DNA of 64,000 nt from an uncultured Chromatiales bacterium (GTDB lineage Bacteria; Bacteroidota; Ignavibacteria; SZUA-365): assembly GCA_964448285.1 (NCBI GenBank), contig CAYUWG010000006.1, positions 13,715-77,714 on the forward strand, in the 5' to 3' direction. Both the position numbers and the translations under genes were made by a program. The notes below the pieces were generated by a model. That model made no database searches and was not told the origin of the DNA. It saw only the letters and a list, made by a program, of their open reading frames with translations. Below are positions 44,514-54,663 of this stretch, piece after piece. Positions within the stretch are counted from its first letter, which is position 1. The number at the start of each line of letters is the position of its first letter.

Positions 44514-45814
44514 CCGTGAACGACTCCGGCCACGAGCAGCGTTGCAAGGAAAAGTGATATGAGCGCGGGAAGCACGAACCGTCGCAGGGAAGGCGACGCG
44601 AAGAAAAGCACCATCACGCTCTTCATAACCGTGTTGACCGCGACGGCAATGAGTATCGCTGATATCGCCGTCACCTGGGGCACGCTCGTTTTCGAAAGGC
44701 TTGCCATCGAAAGGGTGATCGCATCGACCTGGGTCACGCCGGAGAGCGCAGCCGCGATGAAGACGCCGCTGTCGCCGAGATATTCCTGGGCAGCCTTCGA
44801 GAGAAAGAGAATCGCGGCGAAGATCACTCCGAACCACAACGCCGTCGTCAGACGAAACGGGTTTTCGAGCTTCACGGCGTCGCCGGATTCTTCTCTCGTA
44901 CCGCGAAGAAGGATCAGGCTCAGGAGTACGCCGACGCCGGCAAGCGCAAGCAGGTATGGCCACATCGCTCGCAGCAAGTCCCCGTTGATGATTGCGATTT
45001 CGATTGCGACACGAGGATACAGTACGGTGCAAGCGAGAACGATCGCTGCGGCGAAGAGTCTTCCAAGGTCGGGCGCTTCCTTGCTCTTTTGCGATAGCGA
45101 AAGCGTGACGGCTGTGCTCGATGCCATTCCGCCGACAAGCCCCGTAAGGGAAATTCCTTTGCCGGGTCCCATGATCTTCACGAGGATGTATCCGAGGAAA
45201 CTCACTCCTGCGATAAGGATGACCATGTACCAGATCTGTCGTGGATTGAGTACGTCGAACGGCCCCATCGTCCTGTCGGGAAGGACGGGAAGAATGATCG
45301 CCGTGATGATGGCGAACTTCAACGTTGCGTAAATGTCTTCCTCATGCACTTTGCTGATGAAGGAGTGCAGCGGCGCCTTGAGCGAAAGGAAAAGCGCAAG
45401 GATGACGCTCCCGGCAATCGCGACGAGGTACATTTCCCAAAACGTAAACGCGCCGAGAATGAAGACGATCATTGCGGCGACTTCACTCGTCATGCCGGGA
45501 AAGCCCTGCCGCGCGGAAAAGACATACGCAACGATGATGAGCGCCATGAATCCGACGGCAAAGGCGATGAACGACCACATGCCCGTGATGGAACCGATGA
45601 GCGCGGCAAGCAGGCCAAGCAACGCGATCAGGGGAAATGTCCTGATGCCGGCGAAAAGCTGTTTGCGGTCCTGAAGCGAGCGCTCGCGTTCAAGCCCGAC
45701 GAGCGCACCGATCAAAAGCGCAACCGCGCCTTTCTCAAACAGCGACGGAATGTCCGTTAAGAAGGAACTCGGTTCGAATTGCGGAACGATTTGGAAGAGG
45801 AGAGCAGCGTTCAT
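44510..45814 (-). CDS. MgtC/SapB-family membrane protein with DUF4010-like extension
   Basis: 434 aa. N-terminal ALLIGALVGLERE is the MgtC signature. Ten or more TM helices. 4-bp overlap with the response regulator gene. Confidence 0.7.
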   Translation of the reverse strand: MNAALLFQIVPQFEPSSFLTDIPSLFEKGAVALLIGALVGLERERSLQDRKQLFAGIRTFPLIALLGLLAALIGSITGMWSFIAFAVGFMALIIVAYVFSARQGFPGMTSEVAAMIVFILGAFTFWEMYLVAIAGSVILALFLSLKAPLHSFISKVHEEDIYATLKFAIITAIILPVLPDRTMGPFDVLNPRQIWYMVILIAGVSFLGYILVKIMGPGKGISLTGLVGGMASSTAVTLSLSQKSKEAPDLGRLFAAAIVLACTVLYPRVAIEIAIINGDLLRAMWPYLLALAGVGVLLSLILLRGTREESGDAVKLENPFRLTTALWFGVIFAAILFLSKAAQEYLGDSGVFIAAALSGVTQVDAITLSMASLSKTSVPQVTAISAILIAVAVNTVMKSVMVLFFASPSLRRFVLPALISLFLATLLVAGVVHG

Positions 45815-45919
45815 GTTTCATCCTGCCCGCACAATATAAACCCGCGCCTGCTTCCGGCACATTGCTTCGCATCACCGGCATGAGACCGATTCGGTCCGGA
45901 GTTTTCACTCGCGATTCCT

Positions 45920-47989
45920 TTAGCGGACGACGGTGAGTGAACGCAAGACGGAGTATTCTCCTCTCGAAAGCCGGCAGATGTACAGCCCGCTTGGAAGCGA
46001 GGATGCTAAGAGTGGAAAAGTATGCTCACCGGTAGAGAGTTCTTTATCGATAGGAGTATGGACAGCCCTTCCAGTGAGATCGAAGAGTTGGAGGCGCACA
46101 CGGCCGCCATCCGTCCGAAAGCGAATCTCGCCTGAGCGAATGATCGGTTGAGGCGAAATGTCTATGAAGGATACCGGCTGCGCTGCAGCGCTTCCCGGAT
46201 CTATTCGCGTCGTCGTTTGTGATGTACGGTAAACGCCGTTCGAAAGCGTGCCTGCCAGGAGCGTATTGTCAGGGAGCGCAAGAAGAGACATCACATTTTC
46301 GTTCGCCGGTTGATTATCCGAACGTGTCCATGTTCGCCCGAGGTCTGTGGACGAGTAAACTCCGTGTTCATAAGTTCCGAGATAGAGTATGCCCTGATGC
46401 GATAGTGCGACCGAGTATCCATCCACGGAGGCGGGACCGGATGCACTCCAGGTTTTCCCGTCATCGGTTGACAGGTAAACGGCGAAGTCCGATCCACCGG
46501 ATTCGCAAGCTGCAAACACTTTCCCGTCACTCGTTTCGACAAACGAACGAAAGTTGGACTGCGGCAATCCGGCTATCGGTTGCCATGATACCCCATCGTC
46601 GGTCGAACGGTCTATGCCGATACTCCCACCGGCAAGTAGTGTCCCGGATTTCAACTGAATGAAGCGCCATGTTGCATGCGTGTTCGTCGCGGCCAGTTCC
46701 CATGTCTCTCCGAAGTTCGTCGAGCGGTAGATGCCATCGTAGGTAAGGCCTGCAAGCAATGTATGATTCGATGTGAGCAGGATGCTTCTCGGGTCGGCAA
46801 TCGGTCGTGGATCGGGGAGCGTTTCCCATTCTGTCGAGCCTTTCCTTTTCATTTTGTATTTCTCTCCGGCGACAAACAACGTTCCGTCATTCGCTTCGGC
46901 GATATCGAAAGCTTGTCCGTACCATCCGATGTCCGACCACGACCGCCCTCCGTCCGTCGATGCCGCGATGCTGTTTCCAAGCTGGGCGGCATAGATGGTA
47001 CCGTCGGATGCTTTGAATAAGTGATACACCTCCGTTGCAGTGAGGCCGGTGTTCCGCTGCACCCAGCCGGAATCATCCTGAATGAACACACCCTGCCACG
47101 TACCGACGATGAGGCGATCATGCGAATCGAAGGCGAGGGAAAAGACATCCTGATAGGGCATGCGAGATGTATCGGGAAAAACTAACATCCAGGTATTCCC
47201 TTCGTCCTCGGAACGATATGCACCATTTCCTGAGCCGAAGAACAAACTTCCATTCGCACTTCGCGCCATCGTCCAAACGACGTTCGATTCAAGGCGGTCG
47301 ATAAGTTTCTCCCAAACCGCACCTCGGTCGCTGCTGCGATACACACCGTTTCCACCTGCATAGATTCGCCCCGATTCATCGATGCATAAGGCGTTCGCGA
47401 AAACGTCATTCAAGCCCGGCCGCTCCCAACGCGCACCATCGTCCGTACTGACATAGACGCCTTCCCATGTCCCGCAGTACAGTGTGCCGTCAGAACCGGA
47501 GATGATTGACGAAATGCGAATGCCTTCCAAAGCAGGCCCTGACCATGATAGACCCATATCGGTGCTGCGAAAAACTCCGTGCCATTCGGTCCCGGCGAGA
47601 ATGATGCCGCTTTCAGTGAAGTAGGCTGTTTGCACTTGTGCGAACGGTGCTTGAATGCTCGGCCCGATACCGGTCCATGAGCTTCCGCCATCTGTTGTAA
47701 GAAATGTCATACGATTCGTCGCGGCGAAGACCGTATCTCCTCGCCCGGCAAAATCGAAAACGTAGGTTCCCGGAATTTCCGGTCCCGACCAGGACCGTCC
47801 TTCATCTGTCGAACGGAATATTCCTCCAGAGCGAGCGCCCGCGATCACTGTCGTACCGGTGCGATACAGCGCATGTATGGTTCCCCCCTCGGGTCCAAAT
47901 GAATTCCAGCGAGCGCCTTGCGAGAACAGCAGTGCGCTTTGCATGGCTAAAGCGAGAGCAGACAGAGTGAAAAGGAGAAATCGTTTCAT
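45920..47989 (-). CDS. BNR/Asp-box repeat beta-propeller protein with T9SS C-terminal sorting domain
   Basis: At least eleven S-x-D-x-G-x-(T/S)-W repeats (STDEGRSW, TTDGGSSW, STDMGLSW, and others). C-terminal CTD ...LQLFDLTGRAVHTPIDKELSTGEHTFPL...GLYICRLSRGEYSVLRSLTVVR. Confidence 0.8.
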   Translation of the reverse strand: MKRFLLFTLSALALAMQSALLFSQGARWNSFGPEGGTIHALYRTGTTVIAGARSGGIFRSTDEGRSWSGPEIPGTYVFDFAGRGDTVFAATNRMTFLTTDGGSSWTGIGPSIQAPFAQVQTAYFTESGIILAGTEWHGVFRSTDMGLSWSGPALEGIRISSIISGSDGTLYCGTWEGVYVSTDDGARWERPGLNDVFANALCIDESGRIYAGGNGVYRSSDRGAVWEKLIDRLESNVVWTMARSANGSLFFGSGNGAYRSEDEGNTWMLVFPDTSRMPYQDVFSLAFDSHDRLIVGTWQGVFIQDDSGWVQRNTGLTATEVYHLFKASDGTIYAAQLGNSIAASTDGGRSWSDIGWYGQAFDIAEANDGTLFVAGEKYKMKRKGSTEWETLPDPRPIADPRSILLTSNHTLLAGLTYDGIYRSTNFGETWELAATNTHATWRFIQLKSGTLLAGGSIGIDRSTDDGVSWQPIAGLPQSNFRSFVETSDGKVFAACESGGSDFAVYLSTDDGKTWSASGPASVDGYSVALSHQGILYLGTYEHGVYSSTDLGRTWTRSDNQPANENVMSLLALPDNTLLAGTLSNGVYRTSQTTTRIDPGSAAAQPVSFIDISPQPIIRSGEIRFRTDGGRVRLQLFDLTGRAVHTPIDKELSTGEHTFPLLASSLPSGLYICRLSRGEYSVLRSLTVVR

Positions 47990-48210
47990 TGTTGTGTCGT
48001 CATTTGTGATACAAAAGGCCGATCAACTACGAAGGTTTGCTTTGAGGTTACACGCTATGGATGTGGAAAAAAATATTACCCAATGCGACCTCGATGACTT
48101 ATCGCGGTCATACATCCTTACTTCGTGCATTTGTAGTTTATCGACATGTCCAACGGCAGACAATCTTGTCTAAATTGTAGTAATGAAGGGGTAGGTTTAA
48201 GGAGCAAAGA

Positions 48211-48888
48211 GTGAAGTCGGAAATTGAAAGCATCATCCAACAATTGAAACGTTTCGGAAATCCGGAGTCCGCGGAAGGGATGAAGCGATTCGGGATAACG
48301 CCGGAACATACGTTCGGTGTGCGAATCCCGAATCTGCGCGCGCTCGGGAAAACGCTTGGCCGGAGTCATGACCTGGCCCTTGCGCTTTGGGCTATCGACA
48401 CGCGCGAAACACGAATCCTCGCAAGCATCGTGGACGAACCGAAGAAGCTCACCGCAAAACAAATGGACGCTTGGGCGAAGGACTTTTCGTACTGGGAAAT
48501 ATGCGACCAGGTGTGCATGAACCTGTTCGAGAAATCATCGCTGGCCTGGGACAAGACTATCGAGTGGAGTGGGAGCGAACACGAATTCATCAAGCGTGCT
48601 GGATTCGTGCTCATGGCGCGGCTTGCGGTCAGCGACAAGAACGCGATCGATGCACGGTTCGAGGCATTCTTTCCGATCATCGTCCGTGAGTCCGGTGACA
48701 ACCGAAACAATGTGAGGAAAGCCGTCAACTGGGCCTTACGTCAGATCGGAAAGCGGAATCGTGCGCTGAACGAAACGGCCATTCATATAGCGGAGGAAAT
48801 TCACGCGCAGGATTCACCCGCTGCGAAGTGGATTGCATCGGATGCTCTCCGGGAGTTGCGGAGCCGCTCCGATTCCTTGAAGCGCTGA
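48211..48888 (+). CDS. DNA alkylation repair protein (AlkD/AlkC-like HEAT-repeat glycosylase family)
   Basis: 225 aa. Repeated helical HEAT-like units and the family's characteristic W...D region (ALALWAIDTRETRILASIV). Confidence 0.75.
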   Translation: MKSEIESIIQQLKRFGNPESAEGMKRFGITPEHTFGVRIPNLRALGKTLGRSHDLALALWAIDTRETRILASIVDEPKKLTAKQMDAWAKDFSYWEICDQVCMNLFEKSSLAWDKTIEWSGSEHEFIKRAGFVLMARLAVSDKNAIDARFEAFFPIIVRESGDNRNNVRKAVNWALRQIGKRNRALNETAIHIAEEIHAQDSPAAKWIASDALRELRSRSDSLKR

Positions 48889-48893
48889 TACAT

Positions 48894-48941
48894 AAAAAAG
48901 AAGCTGCCCGAAATGTCGGTTTTTCGGGCAGCTTCTTTTTT
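48894..48941. terminator. Rho-independent bidirectional terminator
   Basis: A6-GAAGCTGCCCGAAA-(8-nt loop)-TTTCGGGCAGCTTC-T6: a perfect 14-bp GC-rich stem flanked by an A-tract and a T-tract, between convergent alkD-like (+) and cytochrome c (-) genes. Confidence 0.85.
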
Positions 48942-48958
48942 GCAGAAGAGTCTTGGGT

Positions 48959-49549
48959 TTACTTATTCGTCCCGGACTGCATCGCCATCACGGCATCCGG
49001 CGGCAATGGCGCAGGAACGGCGTTGTTCACCGGCTTGAGCGATTTGAGATAGGCGAAGATGTCTTTCAAATCGTCGTCGGTCGCCAGTGCGAAATTGAAC
49101 CACGGCATTGGCGGGAGAATCGGGCGGCCGGTTCCCATGTGCTTTCCGGTGCGCATCGCGCTTAGGAAAATTTCTTCCGTCCAGCCTGCAAGACCGGTTG
49201 CGTCAGGCGTCAGGTTCGCGGCATACGACATTCCCCACGGACCGGCCCATGCGGTGAAATCCTCGTTGCAGAGATAGAGCTTTCCATCCTTGACTAAATT
49301 GAAATCGAACGGCGCCACGTTCCCGGCGTGATGGCCGGAGAGCAACCGTGCAGGATCTGGCTCGGGGCCTTTCTCCGTCATGATCTTGGGCGAGTGACAA
49401 TCGTTGCACCCTCCGATAGTCACCAGATACTCTCCATGCTTGACGCGTTCCTCGGTGGTGCGCTCTTTCGGTTTCGTATCGCAATGAATACAGGTGAACG
49501 CGAATGCGAACACCAACGACACAACGATGTTCGGGAGTTGTGATTTCAT
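48959..49549 (-). CDS. c-type cytochrome (single CxxCH haem-binding site)
   Basis: Signal peptide. CNDCHS haem-binding motif, with a Met-rich region later (PMPWF...). Confidence 0.65.
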   Translation of the reverse strand: MKSQLPNIVVSLVFAFAFTCIHCDTKPKERTTEERVKHGEYLVTIGGCNDCHSPKIMTEKGPEPDPARLLSGHHAGNVAPFDFNLVKDGKLYLCNEDFTAWAGPWGMSYAANLTPDATGLAGWTEEIFLSAMRTGKHMGTGRPILPPMPWFNFALATDDDLKDIFAYLKSLKPVNNAVPAPLPPDAVMAMQSGTNK

Positions 49550-49704
49550 CAGAAATCCTTTCTTGAAATATGAAAGTGGATGATGGATGATGGCTCAGAT
49601 AGCCTTTCTTTCCTTTTCTCGCCCGCAAACCTACAGCGGTCACTTCATATTATCAAAACAGACGAACGGTGAGCCTCGACCAGACGTCTTTGCGTTTCAG
49701 TTCG

Positions 49705-51090
49705 TCACACCGTGCTTGAGAAGACCGGCTTCTCCATCTGCTTCTTCAGATAGGCGTCGAATGCCATCGCGATGTTGCGGATGACGAGGATGCCCATGCC
49801 GAGCACCTCGATCTTGTCATCGGTGATGCGAACGAGACCATCGGCGACGGGTTCTTCCAACAGCGGATAGGTATCGGCGAAATAGGCGTCGAAGTCGATG
49901 CCGTATTTCTCTTCCACCTTTCGCTTGTCGAGTGAGAAGTCGCACATGATACTCATGATCACATCGCGACGAAGGACGTCGTCGTCGGTGAGGCGAATGC
50001 CTGCGTGCGTCGCAAGTTCGTTCGCGTCGATGCGTTTGTAGTACTCGCCGATCGTCTTCACATTCTGAGCATACATCCGGTCGAATTGCCCGATGCTCGT
50101 GATCCCGAAACCGTACAGGTCCGCGCCCGCGTGTGTCGTGTATCCCTGGAAGTTGCGATAGAGCGTACCGTTGCGCTGTGCGACGGCGAGTTCGTTGTCC
50201 TCCTTCGCGAAGTGATCCATGCCGACGTAGATATACCCCGCTTCATTCAAGCGCTCGATCGTGCGGACGAGAATGCGAAGCTTCTCTTCGGGCGTCGGCA
50301 AGTCTTCCGGATGGATGAGTGACATGTGCTTCTTGAGCCAAGGCACATGCGCGTAGTTGAACACTGCAAAACGGTCGGGATCGATGTCGATGACACGTTC
50401 GAGCGTTTCTTCGAACGTCTCCAACGTTTGAAAGGGCAGTCCGTAAATGAGGTCGAGATTGACGCTGTGGATGCCGACTTCATGCGCCCATTCGAGAACC
50501 TGACGGGTGATATCCTCCGGCTGAATGCGATTGACGGCAAGCTGCACATTCTCGTTGAAGTCCTGCACGCCCATCGAGATGCGGTTGAATCCGCCTTCTG
50601 CCAGCGCGACGAGATGATCCTTCGTCATTCCGCGCGGGTCGATCTCAACGCCTGCTTCGATGTTCGGGTCGAAGGGGAAGAGCGTTTTCGTTGCGAGCGC
50701 GAGATCGCGAATCTCATCCGGGTTGAGGTACGTGGGCGTGCCGCCTCCCCAAGCGATTTGCGCGGTGAGACGGTCATCGCGGATCATCGGTCGGAGCATT
50801 TCCATTTCGCGCTTGACGTACTGCACGTAGCGGTTGATCTTTTCGCGGTCTCGCGTGATGAGCATGTTGCAGCCGCAGAAATAGCAGAGTGTATCGCAGA
50901 ACGGAATGTGGAAATACAGAGACAAAGGCGGAGGTTTCGGGACCGCGTTCGTTCGCTCGATCTCCGCGCGGTAGTCTTCCGCCGTGAACGATTCACTGAA
51001 CGCAGGTGCAGTGGGATAACTTGTATAGCGCGGACCGGGTCGCGAGTATTTTTTCAGGAGATCAGTGTTTATCGTGTCGAATTGTTGCAT
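49705..51090 (-). CDS. hemN: Oxygen-independent coproporphyrinogen-III oxidase (radical SAM)
   Basis: YSRPGPRYTSYPTAPAF N-terminus and radical-SAM CxxxCxxC HIPFCDTLCYFCGCN. Confidence 0.88.
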   Translation of the reverse strand: MQQFDTINTDLLKKYSRPGPRYTSYPTAPAFSESFTAEDYRAEIERTNAVPKPPPLSLYFHIPFCDTLCYFCGCNMLITRDREKINRYVQYVKREMEMLRPMIRDDRLTAQIAWGGGTPTYLNPDEIRDLALATKTLFPFDPNIEAGVEIDPRGMTKDHLVALAEGGFNRISMGVQDFNENVQLAVNRIQPEDITRQVLEWAHEVGIHSVNLDLIYGLPFQTLETFEETLERVIDIDPDRFAVFNYAHVPWLKKHMSLIHPEDLPTPEEKLRILVRTIERLNEAGYIYVGMDHFAKEDNELAVAQRNGTLYRNFQGYTTHAGADLYGFGITSIGQFDRMYAQNVKTIGEYYKRIDANELATHAGIRLTDDDVLRRDVIMSIMCDFSLDKRKVEEKYGIDFDAYFADTYPLLEEPVADGLVRITDDKIEVLGMGILVIRNIAMAFDAYLKKQMEKPVFSSTV

Positions 51091-51142
51091 GGTGTTTATC
51101 GATTACAGTTGCTTGAATACTTGCAAGGAAATACTCCTTCCA

Positions 51143-52156
51143 TCACATCCCGGTAAGCTCGTTCATTCTATTTCGAATGAGCAATTCAATTTCATCGAAC
51201 GGAATCGTTGCTTCTTTCTTGAAGTACCTCTCCGGGTCGAGGAGCAAACCGTTCACTAACTCAAAACGCTTTACGGGTGCGACTACCCAACGAAACGGCC
51301 CTTTGCTATTGAAACCGGGACTTCGAAAATAACCGGTGAAGACAAGGTAATCATGTCCCGGCATCATCCTGCTTCTTCTCCATTGCGATGAGTCACATGT
51401 AAAGACATCCCATTTAATGCGAAGGCATCCTGCTCCTTCCGGGAGTTCGTGTTGCAGTGGATTACAGCTTGAATAGAACCTTCGTCCTTTGTAAACTTCC
51501 ACGACTTCGACATCTGCGCACTGTGTAATCTTTGAACATGGCCCCGGCCATTCGACGGCAAAGCCCGTGTCATGTCGTTCAAAGAACGATAGACCTCTAA
51601 CACGATAAATTCCATCGGCTCTTCGAATAAGATCCTCTGGCTTATCAATATCCACTCCCTGATAATTTGCTATACCGAGATATCTTCTGTAGTACTCGGT
51701 TACCAGTTCCCAAATGTACCCGCTCCAATCGGATTTATACTCTTGAGGCTTATGAGTCCTCAAATAATGCCATTGAAATTCGAAAAGGAATGGATCGTAC
51801 ATTTGAGATTCATTGTACCATTTCCAAAGCATTTGTATCGAGTCATCAGCAATCATGGGTAATCGTTCTCTGGACTCGAATAGCGTGTATAGTCTGCAAG
51901 TGCTGTCGAGAAAAGTATAGAATCGTCTCACTTCATCAGGCATATCAGGATTTATGATCGGTATCCTCTCGGGTGGTGAGACGTGAAACACTTCGCAAGA
52001 ATCGGGATCAGGCCAGAATTCAAGGTTTATATTCTGACTGAAAGTTGAAGCGACAAGAACGAAGGTGAGAACATTTATGACGAGGAGTTGCTTCACACGG
52101 ATTCTTCTATCCAAAAAGGTCAAACACTTATTCGGCTGTCGTAACCGAATTCTCAT
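51143..52156 (-). CDS. Hypothetical secreted Cys-rich protein, paralog A
   Basis: 337 aa. EFWPDPDSCEVFHVSPPERIP near the N-terminus. The C-terminal ~170 aa are ~93-95% nucleotide-identical (my manual alignment) to paralog B at 53626..54615. Confidence 0.55.
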   Translation of the reverse strand: MRIRLRQPNKCLTFLDRRIRVKQLLVINVLTFVLVASTFSQNINLEFWPDPDSCEVFHVSPPERIPIINPDMPDEVRRFYTFLDSTCRLYTLFESRERLPMIADDSIQMLWKWYNESQMYDPFLFEFQWHYLRTHKPQEYKSDWSGYIWELVTEYYRRYLGIANYQGVDIDKPEDLIRRADGIYRVRGLSFFERHDTGFAVEWPGPCSKITQCADVEVVEVYKGRRFYSSCNPLQHELPEGAGCLRIKWDVFTCDSSQWRRSRMMPGHDYLVFTGYFRSPGFNSKGPFRWVVAPVKRFELVNGLLLDPERYFKKEATIPFDEIELLIRNRMNELTGM

Positions 52157-52391
52157 GAAACTCTCTGCTCATTTCCTTCACCGCATCGATCAGCGCTTTC
52201 GCATGTGATACCGGTACATCGGGAAGGATGCCGTGGCCGAGATTGAAGATATGGCCGGGGTGCGGGCCGTAGCATTTAAGGATGCTTCGAACTTCGCTGC
52301 GAATGTTCTCCGGCGATGCGTAGAGTGCGACCGGATCGAAGTTCACTTCACGGTTTCTGCTATAGAAAACTTCGAAACGCCTTTCTTTCAA
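52128..52391 (-). pseudogene. Duplicated 3' fragment of hemE (last ~70 codons of uroporphyrinogen decarboxylase)
   Basis: Translates to ...NFDPVALYASPENIRSEVRSILKCYGPHPGHIFNLGHGILPDVPVSHAKALIDAVKEMSREF... About 200 bp (52173-52373) are ~98% identical (my manual alignment) to 54675-54875 at the true hemE 3' end. Confidence 0.65.
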
Positions 52392-52399
52392 AAGTCCTA

Positions 52400-53620
52400 C
52401 TATCGCGTAACTAAAAATCGCATGGATTTAATAATGCTATCTGATGATACTACTGCGTAGTATGTCCCGGATGAGTATGACTGTGTAGGAATAGTAACAG
52501 TTTCCTTTAAGCTCCTCATTTCAATTATTCGCTTATCAACGATACTGCCATCGGCCGAGTAAATATCCAGCGCGAGATACTTTTCATTCGACTGTATCGT
52601 AATAAAAATATTAATAGAAGTTGGTTGAGGGTATAAGACTAATTTAATTGAAGAAGGAAATGGCCAAATCGCTTCAATGGCAGTTGGCTGACAACCGGAT
52701 AACGTAGCTGACTTTCTAAAACCAGCTAGATCAGGACAGTAAAGTTTCTTCAAAGCGCATCCCATATAACAAGAAATTGAGGACCTATTTTGGAAGTTGT
52801 CACTTAAATAACCGTCTAACATTGTCTCAGATGTTATGTTTTCGGGAGCCATAGAGGCATCAGTATTGCATGGTGAACCAAAACTATCAAACCCATGATT
52901 ACTTTTCAATCCCTCTATGTGCCCCAAACCAAGTGCATGTGCGATTTCATGCATCAAAATTGTCTCCATCTCTATACAGGTCTTTGTTTTCCCTGAGTTT
53001 GGGTCAATAACAGCTATTGCATCGCATTCCTTCGACCAACAGTGAGGCGGAAATTTGTCGTTCCCATCTCTAAATTCGTCTGTGAGATTTAGATACAGCA
53101 ATCCCGATCCAAATCCAGGTATAGGATAATTAGGGAAAATCGTTTCGGTAAAGCCAATAGCTGTATATATTTTATTATCTACCTCCGTGAAAGCTCCACC
53201 AGCACGACCTTCGGGGATAATCCCTATCCCATCGATGCAGCCTTCTTCAATGTTGATTGCAAGCAAAGAATTGTCAGGAGCGCAGACGTCATTTAAGGCC
53301 TGAACCACCTTTTCCAAGGCTGGTTTAAAGATGTCGAAAAGTTTATCTCCGTCGCAAGTGTGTTCCTCGTAATCTGTATTATTTGCATTTTTGTGAAAAG
53401 TTTCTTTGTCGTAACACATTTTGAGTGGCGTATGTGCTTTTTTTATCTGTGATACTGTAGAGGGATCGCGTGTACAAATAGTTTTTGCTTTTAACTCGGG
53501 ATTTCCATCGTTGTATAAATAGGAATAGTTGTATTTCTCTGGACATTGGCTATTCATGTTAAAACAATTAATAAAGCCAGCGACTATAATAGAAGTGTAT
53601 AGGAGTTTCACTCGTTTCAC
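52400..53620 (-). CDS. Zinc metalloprotease (zincin HEIAHALGLGH) with T9SS C-terminal sorting domain
   Basis: 406 aa with a signal peptide. HEIAHALGLGHIEG is an HExxHxxGxxH metzincin-type motif. C-terminal ...LVLYPQPTSINIFITIQSNEKYLALDIYSADGSIVDK...GTYYAVVSSDSIIKSMRFLVTR resembles a CTD. AT-rich. Confidence 0.7.
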   Translation of the reverse strand: MKRVKLLYTSIIVAGFINCFNMNSQCPEKYNYSYLYNDGNPELKAKTICTRDPSTVSQIKKAHTPLKMCYDKETFHKNANNTDYEEHTCDGDKLFDIFKPALEKVVQALNDVCAPDNSLLAINIEEGCIDGIGIIPEGRAGGAFTEVDNKIYTAIGFTETIFPNYPIPGFGSGLLYLNLTDEFRDGNDKFPPHCWSKECDAIAVIDPNSGKTKTCIEMETILMHEIAHALGLGHIEGLKSNHGFDSFGSPCNTDASMAPENITSETMLDGYLSDNFQNRSSISCYMGCALKKLYCPDLAGFRKSATLSGCQPTAIEAIWPFPSSIKLVLYPQPTSINIFITIQSNEKYLALDIYSADGSIVDKRIIEMRSLKETVTIPTQSYSSGTYYAVVSSDSIIKSMRFLVTR

Positions 53621-53625
53621 CGTGT

Positions 53626-54615
53626 TTATCCTCCTCTTCCTGTAAGTGTGTTCATCGTGTTTCGGATGAATAATTCAATTTCATAAAAAGGTATCGCTTC
53701 TTCTCTCTTGAAATACCTCTCCGGGTCGAGGAGCAAACCGTTCACTATCTCAAAACGCTTTATGGGTGCGACTACCCAACGAAATGGGCCATTGCTATTG
53801 AACCCAGGACTTCGAAAATAGCCGGTGAAGACAAGGTAATCATGTCCCGGCATCATCCTGCTGCTTCTCCATTGCGATGAGTCACATGTAAAGACGTTCC
53901 ATTTAATGCGAAGGCAGCCTGTTCCTTCCGGGAGTTCGTGTTGCAGTGGATTACAGCTTGAATAGAACCTCAGTCCTTTGTAAACTTCGACGACTTCAAC
54001 ATCTGCGCACTGCGTAATCTTTGAACATGGCCCTGGCCATTTGACGGTATAGCCTGTGTCATTCCGTTCGAAGAAAGATAGACCTCGGACACGGTATATG
54101 CCCTCAGAAGCAAAGATAAGCTCCTCAGGGAGGTTGATATTGGGACCTCTATAGTTTGCGTTTTCAATTCCCCTAAATCGTAATGAATACTCCATGTTTA
54201 ACGGTATAAGAACGTCTTGCCAGTCAGCTTTGTAATCAGGAATCGTTCGAAGCATTGAGTATCTGAGTTGATATAGTAGCAGAAACGGATCGTAATCAGC
54301 GATACGGTTATACAAATGCCATCCAATAATCAGGGAGTCATTAGAGATTAAAGGAATGCGTGCTCGTATCTCGTATGGAGTATAGGTCTTACAAATCGTA
54401 TCGAGGACAGTGTAAGCAAGCCACACATCCCAAGGCATATCAGGTCGTGTAACTGGTATCCTCTCAGGTGGTGAGACGTGAAAAACTTCGCATGAATCGG
54501 GATCTGGCCAAATCTCAAAACCATTGCCGGATTGACCATTGGTAGAGCTTACAAGGCATATGAGTAGAAAGAGAGCGAGGGTGGGTATCATGAAAGTCTC
54601 CTTAACGTTCATCAT
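53626..54615 (-). CDS. Hypothetical secreted Cys-rich protein, paralog B
   Basis: 329 aa with a signal peptide. Same family as 51143..52156; the N-terminal halves have diverged and the C-terminal halves are near-identical. Confidence 0.55.
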   Translation of the reverse strand: MMNVKETFMIPTLALFLLICLVSSTNGQSGNGFEIWPDPDSCEVFHVSPPERIPVTRPDMPWDVWLAYTVLDTICKTYTPYEIRARIPLISNDSLIIGWHLYNRIADYDPFLLLYQLRYSMLRTIPDYKADWQDVLIPLNMEYSLRFRGIENANYRGPNINLPEELIFASEGIYRVRGLSFFERNDTGYTVKWPGPCSKITQCADVEVVEVYKGLRFYSSCNPLQHELPEGTGCLRIKWNVFTCDSSQWRSSRMMPGHDYLVFTGYFRSPGFNSNGPFRWVVAPIKRFEIVNGLLLDPERYFKREEAIPFYEIELFIRNTMNTLTGRGG

Positions 54616-54663
54616 GGTACAACGATATCACTTTTCGTCATTGAAAGCAATAGAGATACTGTC

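Noticed and set aside
44514-45032. N-terminal 173-aa extension of the response-regulator ORF
   Set aside because: Alternative frame within the MgtC-like gene. The receiver domain begins at the internal Met at 44513.
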